From the NCBI RefSeq assembly GCF_009914755.1, contig NC_060932.1: DNA of 64,000 bases; one strand, 5' to 3'. Under the pieces are notes generated by a model that had not been told where the DNA came from, ran no database searches, and saw nothing but the letters and a program-made list of their open reading frames with translations. Positions 1 to 12,169 of the stretch are shown piece after piece. This DNA comes from the human T2T-CHM13v2.0 reference genome, Homo sapiens. Every line of letters starts with the position of its first letter. Within the stretch, counting starts at the first letter, position 1. Position numbers and translations under genes: made by a program.

Positions 1-304
1 TGTCAGTAGCAAAATTCAGCTGCCTGTCAACTGCCCCGGGATTATCAATAATCTAGGGGGAAAATAGCCCAAGTGCTAGAATTTGCCAATCTTGGTTTTG
101 TTCTCTTCTTGAATCCTGGGCTGGTATTTCTTCATTAACACTCTGATGCCTTTTTAAATAGAAGGCCTTTGTTTGTATTGTTTAATCCAGTTTTTCAAGT
201 TGTCCTCAGCAGAGGACTGTCTTTTATCCAGTGTTTTGTTATTTACAAATATTAGAAATAATACAAATATTACAATTACAATAATACTAATATTACAAAG
301 AATA

Positions 305-357
305 TTTATGTTACTTATAAATATTATTTATGTTACTTATAAATATTATTTATGTTA
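305..357. repeat. 22-bp AT-rich tandem repeat (~2.4 copies)
   Basis: Unit TTTATGTTACTTATAAATATTA at 305-326 and 327-348, partial copy at 349-357. Confidence 0.85.
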
Positions 358-404
358 TTATTACTACCACTGTAATTCATGCATTAATCATCTACTGAAC
401 TAAG

Positions 405-560
405 TCTCTAACTGGCTTTCAAGGCTTCTGGGCTCTATTATTACTCCCTTGCATCAAACCTGTCTCCACACTGCTCCCAGGGTGATAGTCTAACACAAAA
501 ATCCAATAATGTCACTTAGATGTTTTAAATTATTTAAAAACTTCACTGCATACAGATAAC
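405..560 (+). mobile_element. L2 (LINE-2) fragment
   Basis: ctaactggct...tctccacactgct...tctaacacaaaaatccaataatgtcact resembles degraded L2 3' region. Confidence 0.5.
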
Positions 561-578
561 ATTATGTAGAAAAAATAA

Positions 579-775
579 AGTGGTTATGAACTTTATAGCA
601 AAATAAACCTTATTTCGAATCCTCACTCTAACAACAGCTGCATGAGTTTGGACAAGCTACTTAAGTTCTAAGCTTCAATTTTCTAATCTCTAAAGCAAGC
701 ATGGTATTAACACCTAACATAAAAAAGTGTTTTGAAGATTAAGTAAGAAGTAAAGTACTAACTATGGAGAGTATT
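579..775 (+). mobile_element. MIR SINE
   Basis: gtggtta...ttcgaatcctcactct...tttggacaagctacttaa...cttcaattttctaatctctaaa...gaagattaag follows the MIR core. Confidence 0.75.
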
Positions 776-2169
776 AAGAAGATAATTCTCTTCTTGTTAT
801 AGCATTGCATGAGTTCAATAGACATTAGAAGTTTTCTTTTCTCTGAACTACCTCTGACAGTGCAAACATTCCATAATTTGTCTTCCTTCCATTCCTTTCC
901 ACATATTATTTTATCCTTTAACTAGGAGAGAATCCAGAGGAAAAATAGAAATAAGTGTGGTTTCTCCCATATTCCACAGTAGTTAGAGGGCCAAACACTC
1001 TTTCCTACTGCAAAAGAAGCTATTCAGAGGGCCTCTACCCATGACCACTTCTTTAGATTACAGATGGAGAATCGATCCACAGAAAATATGATAATACTGA
1101 AATTTGCTTGATTTTTCTTCATGGGAATCCATATTCCACATGGTTAAATGGGATTAAGTAAATATAGGCTATTCTCCAACAAAAAAGTAGTGGTTACAAT
1201 AAGACAGAGCAAGAATTCAAGTTTAAATCAAGAAAAAATGTCTGAGGCCTCTATCAAGGGAGAAACATACTGATGGCATTTTAACAAAAGAGGAAAAACT
1301 CAATGTAGGATGCAAATGATATACAAGGGAGACACAAATTAACTGTTTGAATGAATTTTAACTACTTTAGAAGGAATAAAATTGCCCTCTTAGTTCTGAT
1401 AATTTTCTGTCACCCTAGAGAAAAATAAAATGTGATTTCCAAAATAGCAGAAAGAGCAACTCTCCTTCTAAAAACAGAAAAATAGAAATGATCAGCTGGC
1501 TGCCAATTGTATGTTGTTAAATTAAATTATATTATAAATGTATACATTTTCTATATAACATGATATATACAACCAAAAAAGGAACTATTAAAATTTATAT
1601 CTAAAGTAATGTCATCTCTTAGAAAATTTCTATCAAATGCACAACTTCCTAAAGTGTCTACATGATTAGCATCATGTTAACTCTCTTTATTTTTCAGATT
1701 TTCGGGACCCCTTTGTTATCTGATTCTTCAAATGAGTCATCCTTCTTTACCCCATTTACAATCAGGGTATATTTGGAATTTAAATAACTGTAAAAATAAG
1801 AGAATAAGATATAAAGGACACATAAAGATATAAAGGTGACCTTTAAACTTAATTTTACCATACTGAAGTTGACAAAGTAGTTGATGATTTTTAAATGTGG
1901 CAATATAGCCTAAACATGTTAAATACAATTTTCCAAAAAATGACAATTACAAATACATTAGATAGTCTAGGAAGAAAGCTGTAGTTGTTTGATGCTGTGA
2001 GTACCATACACTGACTGAGATGGATATGCACTTACTTGGCTAATGAGTTCACCTTCAAACTCTGAATGCTCAAATGGAAATAAATCACCAGGCAACTACA
2101 TCACCAGCCACAGAAAAGTAAAATGAATTAATAAATTACAAACCTAAAACATATTACACACTATCAAAA

Positions 2170-2352
2170 TACCGTATTTCATCTTATCTAAAGATGCCAT
2201 CAGTTACAAGATGCACTGTTATCTGATTTACCATCAACAATTTTTTTTAAACACTGGCAATTCACATGGAACATACTATTGATTCCAAGATACATCCTGA
2301 TTTGAGATATGAAATGTAAAAAAATCATATCTTTGAAAATTAAAATGTAGCA
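2170..2352. mobile_element. Ancient TcMar-Tigger non-autonomous DNA transposon (MamRep434/137-like)
   Basis: Begins taccgtatttcatc...taaagatgccatc...aagatgcac; ends with a degraded complementary TIR (attaaaatgtagca). Confidence 0.55.
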
Positions 2353-2589
2353 TTCTTTTATTTATTGGCTCTTACTCTTGCCTGTTGTAACAAAAGGAAT
2401 TCTCAGTCTCAATCCTAGAATGCCTGATATCTTCAAAATCCATTTAGGCACAAGCTGACTTTCCAAACGCAGACACACAATTCCACAGTGCCTTGGTCTT
2501 CATAGCAAAGTTGGGGGCACTGGGGATACAGTTAAAAAGCAGAAAAATAAAAATTAAAAAAATTTTTGACCTTTGGAAACCTGTGTGCC

Positions 2590-2614
2590 TGTGTGTGTGT
2601 GTGTGTGTGTGTGT
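2590..2614. repeat. (TG)n microsatellite
   Basis: About 12 perfect TG units. Confidence 0.95.
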
Positions 2615-4779
2615 TGTACCTACTTAATTCTGGCAGTAAACTTTCCTCTTCTCTGTGTTCCTATGGTAACTTTAACTCTTGTAAATTGTGCTGATTGCTA
2701 ATGTCATTGAAGATTATTTTTCCTATTGTCTTTCCTTCTTCCCACTTCACACCCCATAGAGTATATGTCTGATCCACATCTGAAAGGACTGAACTATCAA
2801 TCCTCCAGAGAGAAAAAAGCAGTTACAAAGCTTCCAGCCAAGCATTTTCCGGTAAAAATCAGAACAAAGGAGTGATCTCTTCTACTTCACTAAGTTCCAG
2901 TAATATTACATCAAGATATAGAAGGGATCACTCCACTGATTGCAGCCCCCAAAACTGTGCTCTAGCAAAAACATATTACTGAACAAATACTATTTTTACA
3001 CCCATTCACAACTCCTTTGCTCCCAGAAAAGACAAAATGTCCTATTAAAAGCTGTAAGATGTCTCTTTGAGTGCAGTAATTATCTAATCGCAAAGCATTT
3101 CTGAAGGACAAACTGTACATATTGTTCTTAGAAATAACTAAGACATAGCCACTTCCAGTAGTCAGTGGCAGATATAGATTTAGTAAATAAGAGGGGCTTA
3201 CAGTGATTGCCTGGTTTTTGTGTTGGGCAGCCTATAGAGACTTTTCTTGAATCTACATCTTGGTGACCCTTTACAGAAGACTGAAAATCTATTTGTTTTA
3301 CATCAAAGAATTTGAAGTCAGTGGTGTAAGTCATGGAGATCATGTGGGGAACTGAAGACTAGCCCAAACTTTACCTCAGGGCTCACCACTCTCTAGACTG
3401 ATAATGATATCAAAAAATACATCTTGAACTCTCAGCACAGACACAGCAAAGCACATTTCATTTCTCCATGGGTGTCAAAGCACCCATGGAGTCCAATGTA
3501 TTCCTATGAAGATGTACATATCCAGATAGATTTGGATAAAATTTAGTAATATATTTTCCCTGGAGAAAAAAAAGAATATTCAAGAAAAATCTTCTCTCAC
3601 AAATTCTAAAACCCAAATTATTAAATATATGATTTTATTTCTAAAACTTTAGTTCTTCTTATTCATTTTTCCTTTAAAGTGCCTTTTGAGTACCCAAAGG
3701 TCAATATTTTTTAATTTACTTTTAATTTAAAATTAATCAATCATATAGGTCTGCAGGGCAACACAACAGTAATTTCAGCATGAATAACAGTATTATACAT
3801 ATGTGACATATATTTTACTCCTAAATGACATTAATAATGATAAATTTTATATCACATTGATTTTTCGCCTCTACACAGCAGAAACAGCATCATAGATCAT
3901 GATTCTATTGTTGCTGCAGGGATTCGGCCTTGCAGAGTGGGCAAAAACTAGAACACACTGCAGGTGGGAAATTGTAAGGAAAAAGTTCTGCATATATTAA
4001 ATATAATACGGAGCTCTTGACTCTGCTCAATTATGTCTTGCTGGAAGTCAAAAAAGTTAGTACTCATGCCAAGTACTTAGACTGCGATGCTAAATCATCA
4101 AGTAACATGATAACTATGACTTTTCCATTTCCTTTGTTATAGGTACCACAGCGGAATATTAACAGTAGCCTTACATGTGTTCACGTTCTTACATTGCCTA
4201 GCACATTAACCAATTTCTAGGTAAAAAAATAATAAAACCAAAATTAAGGCCATTGTTTCTTTTTCTCAAAACTATAAAAGTTACTGATTTGTGCTCCTTA
4301 GTTTTACAAAGCAATTTATTTGGAATTTTTCATAGGTAATCCAAAGAAATCCAATTTACACATTCCCTGAAAGGTAAAGTTCCCATATGACTAGAATCCT
4401 TTCTATTAATGCAAAGGACAAGTGTGTAGAGATGTCTCATTAATTGATTTTTCCTGGAATGTTAAGAATTCATCAATTTATATATACAGATCTTGCTTCA
4501 AATCAGAAGAAATGAAATGTTCTGTTTAGTATTTGAAAATTGCTTCTATTTGTAACTTTTGGCCTACTGTAGAAATATCATTATTTGGTTTTGTTAGTTC
4601 TTTGTTTTGTCTTCCACATCCTTTTACTCCTTCTCAGTTTTTACACTATTTATGGTTTTTCTACACCTTCTTAAAGAGCTCCTCATTTTTGCCACTGTGT
4701 AGATTAAAGAAGTATCAATTCTGCTTCTTATGACAGAAAATGCCCATTTCAATCTTGTTATTTTTAAGAGTATCTTAAC

Positions 4780-5270
4780 ATTTTTAAACCTTAATAATAT
4801 TCATGGTAAAATGTAGAAGTGCAGAATGTGATAAAGTGAAATATTATTTTCTCTGAAATCTAATTTGCATTCACAAGAAGTACACCCTGTTAACATTTTC
4901 CTTCATACAATGTTTACTATGCCTATATGACATGAATGTCTATTAGTGTGCATATACAGATGAATTTAAAATGTATAGCCTTGGGTTTGTAGAATGGCTT
5001 TCTTCATTTTCCTATTCCTAAACTAAATTTGGTCCTAGAATAAAAAGCCAGCAGGATACTTACTGCTGAAAACTGGAAACGTTTCCATTTTAGTGTGGGA
5101 CAAAAAAAAATATTATTTGTCATCAGATTATTTGATTGTGAGATACTTAAAAACTTTTAGGTTTTTTCCAATCTTTTTCTATCATAATATTGCTTCAAGG
5201 AGTGCTGTTTCACATATGCCATTTTGTAAACATGGGAATGAAATTTCTCTTCCTATTGATATGAGGTCTT
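4780..5270 (-). mobile_element. Degraded L1ME-type 3' fragment
   Basis: taggttttttccaatctttttctatcataatattgct... resembles antisense old L1 3' end. Confidence 0.45.
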
Positions 5271-5279
5271 TTGCTCTAA

Positions 5280-5450
5280 AATACTATTTGTACATATATA
5301 AAAATGATACTATATATAGGTGTATATATATACGTGTATATGATTATATTATATGTAATGTATACACTTAAATTATATATGCACATTATCGTGTATATGA
5401 TATTATACACACATATATAAGTTGCATTATATATGTATTTATGTATTGTA
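5280..5450. repeat. Degenerate (TA)n low-complexity tract
   Basis: TATA/TACA-rich run immediately 5' of the LTR. Confidence 0.85.
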
Positions 5451-5451
5451 A

Positions 5452-6258
5452 TGATACGGGAGGTGAGCAGGGAAGCGCTGGATAGAGAAAGGCAGGGTCC
5501 CTGGTGAAGGCTCCACCTTCGGGCCTGTGCCCATGGACCTATGTGAGGAGAGGCACTCCTGTTTTCACACCCAACTGTTGCATTTTTCAAGACCACTCTG
5601 GCCAGCCACCCTGCATCCCCATTCCTGTGCCTATAAAAACCACCCAGAGACCCTAGTGGGCACACACACACAAACAGCTGGACATTGAGAGGAACACACC
5701 AGCAGAAGAACACACCAACAGACACCGCCAGCAGGAACCACATGGATGCCAAGGAAAATTCAGCCAAGGGCAGTGGGAGGAGAGCCAGGCCGCTGAATGA
5801 GCGGCTCACGCAGGGGAAGACCACCTTCCCACTCCATCCCCCTCCTGGCTCCCGATCCGTCTGCTGAGAGCCACTTCCACCACTCAATAAAACCTTGCAC
5901 TCGTTCTCCAAGCCCACGTGTGATCTGATTTTTCTGGTACACTAGGGCAAGAACCCCAGGATACAGAAAGCCCTCTGTCCTTGGAATAAGGCAGAAGGTC
6001 TAATTGAGCTAATTAACACAAGCCACCTGTGTTAAGGCTAAGCTGAAAGAGCGCACTGTAATACGAGCCCACTGGGGCTTTGAGAGCTGTAAACACTCAA
6101 CCCTAAACGCTGCAGTGGGGTTGAAGCCCGCGCTCCCCACGACCTGCCCTTGCGCATGCTTCCCCTAGGGGTTCTTTGCTGTGGGGCACCGAAGAAGCGA
6201 GCCACTCCTCCTGTCACATGCCCTGGGAGGGGGATAAAGGAAAACTTTTCCTGTTTTA
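5452..6258 (+). mobile_element. ERV1 solo LTR, LTR27/LTR1/MER52 family
   Basis: Starts TGATACGGGAGG...GGGAAG..CTGG; TATAAAA at 5632-5638; AATAAA at 5886-5891; ends cttttcctgtttta (CA>TA); 4-bp TSD gtaa/ataa. Confidence 0.85.
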
Positions 6259-6567
6259 ATAATTTCCATCTATTTCTTTTGTACCCAGCCACTTATTTAG
6301 TTTTGATATTATTGATATTGTTGGTTTTTTTCTTTTTGGCCTTTTCCTTCATCATCACTATTATTTTCTATTGTTCCAGAAATGTAGATGATATAATAAT
6401 AATTATAAAAGTTAAGAAGAAGTAAAATTAGCAATTATCACAGAGAGTATATTGTTATTTACCTATTAAAAACATTTTTTGAGATTTTAATTTCTAAAAT
6501 TTCCCTCCCATTCATATAAGTAATTTATAGAGCTTTGAATGTATAGCCTTAATTATCTTGCCCTCTA

Positions 6568-7059
6568 TGATTGACAGATTAACAGAGATGCAGAGATGTC
6601 CAAGTTTAAATCTCTAGAACCCACGAATATATTAGAACGGCATGGCAAAGAGGAATTAAGGTGGCAGAGATAATTAAAGTTAACTGACTTTTGAGATGAG
6701 GAGCTTATACTGGGATTAACAGGGCAGGCCCAGTGTAACCACAAGGGGCGTTATAAGTGAAAGGGGACAGAAAGGTGAAAACATTAGAGAGATGGCAGCA
6801 GGACAAAGACTCAGTCATATGCTGGGTTTGATGATGGAGAAAGGGGGCCATGAGCCAAGGAATGTGGGTGGCCTGTGTAAGAAGGAAAAGGAACGGATCC
6901 TCCCTAGGGTCTCCAGAAGGAATGCAGCACTGCTGACTCCTTAATTATAGCCCAGAAAGACCTATTTCAGATTTATGACTTCATGAACTTTAAGATAATA
7001 AATTTGTGTTGTTTTAAATTTGTGGTAATTTGTTAGAGCGGCAACACAAAACTAACATA
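6568..7059 (+). mobile_element. MaLR solo LTR, MLT1D-like
   Basis: gggccatgagccaaggaatgtgggtggcct, tctccagaaggaatgcagc, aagataataaatttgtgttgttttaa, ggtaatttgtta...aaactaacata. Confidence 0.85.
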
Positions 7060-7295
7060 CCCTCTAAACCTAACCTTTCTGTTCCAATATGCTATTTCCC
7101 TTATATTTATCCTTAAACAACTATAAAATCTTTCCAAACACAAGATTTGTCAAAATGGGGAGCATGTGATTACTATGCTCCCATTCAAGAACCACTTGGA
7201 CGTTTTTCAAATCTCTTCCTTGCAGATACGGTTGGACAGTAGGATTTCTATAACAACTTCCAGCCTCTAAACAGCCATCTATGTGTTGTAAATAA

Positions 7296-7403
7296 GATTT
7301 CTTCCTAGCATTTACTAAATATTATGAACTTGATTTCTTCCTAGCATTTACTAAATATTATGAACTTGATTTCTTCCTAGCATTTACTAAATATTATGAA
7401 CTT
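7296..7403. repeat. 36-bp minisatellite, 3 perfect copies
   Basis: GATTTCTTCCTAGCATTTACTAAATATTATGAACTT at 7296, 7332 and 7368. Confidence 0.97.
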
Positions 7404-9245
7404 GGAGAAAAATTAAAATCTACTCTTCTGTCTGCCACCAGGATTCTTCCTGTATCCACTCTGTTTTATGAGACTAATTATGTGGAGAAAGTATGCTGCA
7501 TAGTTTTAATTTGTCACTTTCATACCCATTAGTTTTTTAGAGCCGTACCCACCTAATGAATCTAACATGCGATATATGGGGTCTGGTGCCCAATAAATTA
7601 AATATATTCATATGTATTTTTTTCGTACAAGGATGGCTACTCTGCTTTTTTTGTTTGCTAAAGACCCTGCAGTTTTGGTGAGGTGCACACAGCAAAGGAG
7701 AAACTAAGTAAATTTCTACCTACTTTGAAGTTGGCACAGTACTGCTGACCTACCAATTTCACTTTCAGTTTCATTCTACTGGCGTTGGAGTTAGTGGAAA
7801 TTTCCCTAGATACCATTTGAAACGGGAAGCCTGTCTTCAATTCTCAGTAAACAATCTCTTCGGCAGTGGCTCTTTGACCTTTTGTCTGCTTATCTTATTA
7901 CCAGACAAATTTGCGCTGCCCTTTTAAAACCATCTTCTAATAACAAAACTAAGTACTACAACTAGCTCACAAGGGTAAAATCACAAATCAGATTTGTTTA
8001 GCAGCAGTGTCCTTGAAATGGGTAAATTTCCACTGTGAAAGAAACTCTTTGTCCCCATCAAGATCCTTTTTACATTTTGATTAATACCTTACCTAAATAT
8101 CCAGAACAAAGGCAGAAGTGAAGACGTCCGTGAATGCTTGCGTAAGTACCAGGAGATCTGGAACATCTATTAATTATTTTTCACCATTCTGCCATTTCCA
8201 GGACTCGAAGTCAGCAGAATTGACTGAAATAGTCTTCTAAGTCCAATCCAAATATGTCTAATAATGAAAGGCTTTGTAAGGATATGGCTAAGGTGATGCC
8301 AATCTAGGGATGGATTTCATGAACATGAGTCCGAGAACTGATCAGGAAATGAAAGATTAACCAGAGGTTAAAATGTGCACATAGAACGATTATCTGGGAT
8401 GTCAATCCAGATGGCTATCAAGCAAAAAGTTCCAAAAATTGACAGTAATAGAGTTGCAAAGAGACAATTTATTAGCATCAGGAATCTGGGGTTTCAACAC
8501 AGGGAGGTGGATAACCAGAGTGCACACCAGCAATCAAGAAACCAGAGCATCAGAGGTAGAGGGGCTTCAACACAATTCTGACTCCAGGCTCTTTCAGAGA
8601 GCAATTTATCTGGGATCGAAATTGATCTAGATGAAGGGGTTGTACTATATTTACAGGTGAAGGCTAATTTGGCATTTAGAAAAATATGGAAGTCAGCAGC
8701 CAGAGTCAATAAACATCCTCATCTTTCAACTATTAACCACCTCTACTGAGTGACTACATAATATATTTTCAAATTCTTGCACAGGCATGCCCAATCTGAT
8801 ACATTGATCTTTTGAGATATTACATTTTATTTTGCTTTGTAAATTTATCTCATACCTGTCTACTCTTTTCAGTTCAATTAGGTAGCCAGACTTCTTAAAT
8901 TTCTTGAATCAGAGATTTTGGAAGCAATAAGATTAAGAAAAGATCAAAGATGCCTTTCTTTCACAAAAGCCTAACCAAAATGAAGAGACTGATAGGAGAC
9001 CTGGGCAGAAGGGAGCAGAGAGAATATCTGTGCAGCAGATACCAGTTTCCACCAAATAGGGAAAAGAGAGTCTTCAATCTTTGGACCAGAGGCTGGTGCA
9101 CTAACTAGTCCAAGGCAGTGTCTGATGAGGTATTCAGACCTCAGAGAGATGTTTCTTAGTTTACCAGGAATGCAGGACCCCCAAAATGATACAGAAGCAG
9201 AACTGTAAAAGCTCAAGAAACCACTACATTATGAACAGTGCAGCT

Positions 9246-9547
9246 GCATTAGGGTTCACCAGAGAAAGAGAACCAATAGGATATCTGCATATATAATAGG
9301 ACATTAATTATAGGAACTGGCTCAAGTGATTATGGAGCCAAGAAGTCCCATGATCTACCATCTGTAAACTGGAAAACCAGGAAAGCCGGTGGTGTAATTC
9401 AGCCTGGATCCAGAGGGTGGAGAAGCAGGAGCTCCTATCCCATGTCCAAGGGCAGGAGAATATGGACACTGCAGCTCAAACAGAAAAAGCGAATTCTCCC
9501 TTCCTTTGCCTTTTTCTTCTATTCAGGTTCTCAGTGGATTGGGTGAT
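9246..9547 (-). mobile_element. ERVL LTR, MLT2-family, partial
   Basis: tgcattagggttcaccagagaaagagaaccaataggata...ggaactggctcaagtgattatggag...aagtccca matches the reverse complement of the MLT2 3' end. Confidence 0.8.
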
Positions 9548-9657
9548 TCTGAATACCTCAATGATTTATTAAAGGAAATCTATTTTGAAAGATACTGAGA
9601 AGCTTACAATATCAAAGAAAAACTGGAATGATCAGGCCTTTAAAAAAATATGGAATC

Positions 9658-9807
9658 AGCCAGGCATGGTAGCTCACACCTTTAATCCCAGCTCTTTGGG
9701 AGGCCGATGCAGGAGGATTGCTTGAGCCCAGGAGTGCGAGACCAGCCTGGACAATATAGCAAGACCCTGTCTCTATAAAAATAAAATTTAAAAATAAAAA
9801 ATAAAAT
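9658..9807 (+). mobile_element. Free left Alu monomer (FLAM_C-like)
   Basis: Single monomer with ggattgcttgagcccaggag and A-rich tail; degraded TSD aaaaaatatggaatc/aaaatctagaatc. Confidence 0.85.
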
Positions 9808-10849
9808 CTAGAATCAAGGCCAGCTCTTCTCTCTATAGCAGGAACTCATGAACCTTGAGTATTCTCAAGATAGCATAGCACCCAACAGATTCATATGCTT
9901 TGTAACCTCTGTCTATCACTCATAACTTCAGGAGAAAGTCTGATAGGTTCCACTGAGACCATATTCCCACCTATGTCTAAGACTGGAAGGTGGGCTTACT
10001 GGCAGGCACTACCAGTAATGCTCATTGTATCTCCTTCGGCTTGGCTCCTTAGTTGACATATATCTTGTGCTCAAAGAATTAATGTTGAATTTAAATATTC
10101 TAAATGGCCAGTTTTTAATGAAGGCACATGCTGGTAAGCAGTACAGCTATTCTTATAATCCTAGACTTTTGTTCTTTCCTATTTATTTTCACATTTTTCT
10201 ATGCTCCCGTTTTTGTCAGAAATCTGTTGGAACAGTTATTATCTCTATTTCTTCCATGGTGTCTAAAACTAGAGAGCTATTTTTCCCTCTGCAATGTCTT
10301 TTTTTTTCCTCTCTTTGCCATGCTTCAGTGTAACTTGTCAGTCCTTCATGTTATGTACTAGAGGAATTGCTGTCTCACCAGAAAAAGTCGCTGAAAGAAA
10401 CTGCTTCTGAGCTTGAACACAAATCAATTCCTTTCATCTCATTCTTGCTAAGTTGAATATTGATCTGTGTCAAAGCAATATGCATGACTTTTTCATTAAT
10501 ATTTAATTGTTATTTTATATGACTTCAAGCAAAGAGACATCTCCATGGTTCATTGATTCATCCATTCTTTTGGCCAAATGCCAAATAGCCTGTCTCCAAG
10601 AAAATGTATCTGCCCTTTTCAAATGAGACTCTTTGAAGACCAATTCAATTCAATCAAATAATTAGGCTATCACATCATGTTATTATCCTACTAAAAAGTA
10701 TAGTTGAGAACAGTACATATTCTAAAGTAGCAGTGATAGAAAACCTTATGTTACATGTAAAAATTACACATGAATGAATTTTTGGCGAATACAAAACGGA
10801 AAAATGGAACAGAATATAAATATAACAAATCTGCATATAAAATTCAGAA

Positions 10850-12070
10850 TTAATGCGCTAGTTACACCCAGATTAAAATGAATTACTTTATGTACAATTT
10901 CATTGTAAAAGGAACCAACGCTCCATGGTTGATTGGGAGACTGGAACAGAGATTGTACAAGGTACACTTGTGCAATGAGCCTGGAACTTCTTGTGGTACC
11001 AAAAAAAAAAAAAAAAAAAGAAGTGCTAAAATTTTTAAATAGAAATAAAAAGGATAAGAGCACATCAAAGTGACACAGTTGCCAAATCTTCCCACGGTCA
11101 GAGCTGGACCAATCAAACAATAAAAGAAATAACACATTATGGATTATAAGTGTCACACTGGATTGAAGTATCCATAAGCCCTTAATAATAAAAAATAGCT
11201 AAAAAGAAAGAGGCAACTCTTCTTTATGGAATAATTCCAATTAATAACTATAGAAGAAATGTGGGAAATAGAAAACCAACTTTAAAACACCACAGTAATA
11301 ATTTCTGCTGGCAAGATTCAATGCTGTATGCTACAGTGGGTAGCAAAATTTCAAGAACAGGATAGTGGCCTAGATTCAAATATCGCCCTTTTTTTTTTAA
11401 TTCTTGTTGTGATTTTAATATACACTCATGAAGTTTTTGGTAATTCTCTCTTTAGGGGGGTGGAACTTAATTTGTCTCTCCTTGAGTGTGGAATTACTTT
11501 TCTTAATGACTCACTTTCAACAAAGAGAGTATAGAAAGGGAACAACAGTAACTTCACAGTAGAGAAACTGGCAGACATCACTGTAATAAAGTGATTTTAA
11601 GGTTAGCATCACCAACAATAAGTCATGTTGATATCATGCTACTCTTGAAATTATAAGGACACATCACCTTTGTAGCATTCTCCCAAAATATAGAAACTCA
11701 ACTAATTATGAGAAAACATCAGACAAGCCCCAAATGAAGGACATTCTACAAAATTTCTGACCAGTACTCTTCAAAAAGATCAAGATTATAAAAAAACACA
11801 TAAAGACTGAGAAAGATTGGGAGAGACAAAATAGACGTGACAACTAAATGCAGAGTGGTGTCCCAGATTGGATCCTTAAACAAAAAAGAGACATTGATGT
11901 AAAAATTTATGAAATCCACACAAAGTCTATAGTTTAGCCAATAGTATCATATTATTTAGTTTTGAAAATTATACCATGATTACGTAACATGCTAACATTA
12001 GAGAAAACTGAGTGAAGGGCATATAGGAATAATCAGTACTATCTTTGGAACTTTCCTGTAAGTCACAAAA
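10850..12070 (+). mobile_element. Old L1 3' end (L1MC3/4-class)
   Basis: atgagaaaacatcagacaagccccaaatgaaggacattctacaaaa...gacgtgacaactaaatgca...gtgaagggcatatagg...actttcctgtaagtc. Confidence 0.75.
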
Positions 12071-12169
12071 CAAAGAGTTCCAACAATTAAGGTGAGGTCA
12101 AGACAAGAACATTTGTCATAAGTAGTCTCACACCAGAGAAAAAGGACAAAACTTTAGAAAGGACTAAAG

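Noticed and set aside
2858-2940. Box C/D snoRNA
   Set aside because: Terminal stem and a CTGA are present, but there is no correctly placed RTGATGA box C inside the stem
3128-3343. 71-aa ATG-initiated ORF in unique sequence
   Set aside because: No recognisable domain or supporting exon structure; length within chance expectation
5276-5917. 213-aa minus-strand ORF, the longest in the track
   Set aside because: Runs antisense through the LTR into a (TA)n tract, has a non-ATG start and a low-complexity I/Y tail; a chance frame
7296-7403. CRISPR-like array (36-bp repeats)
   Set aside because: The repeats are contiguous with no spacers and the DNA is primate; it is a minisatellite
8105-8147. 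Possible 37-bp exon ending in a GTAAGT donor
   Set aside because: Weak acceptor and no other support; such motifs are common by chance
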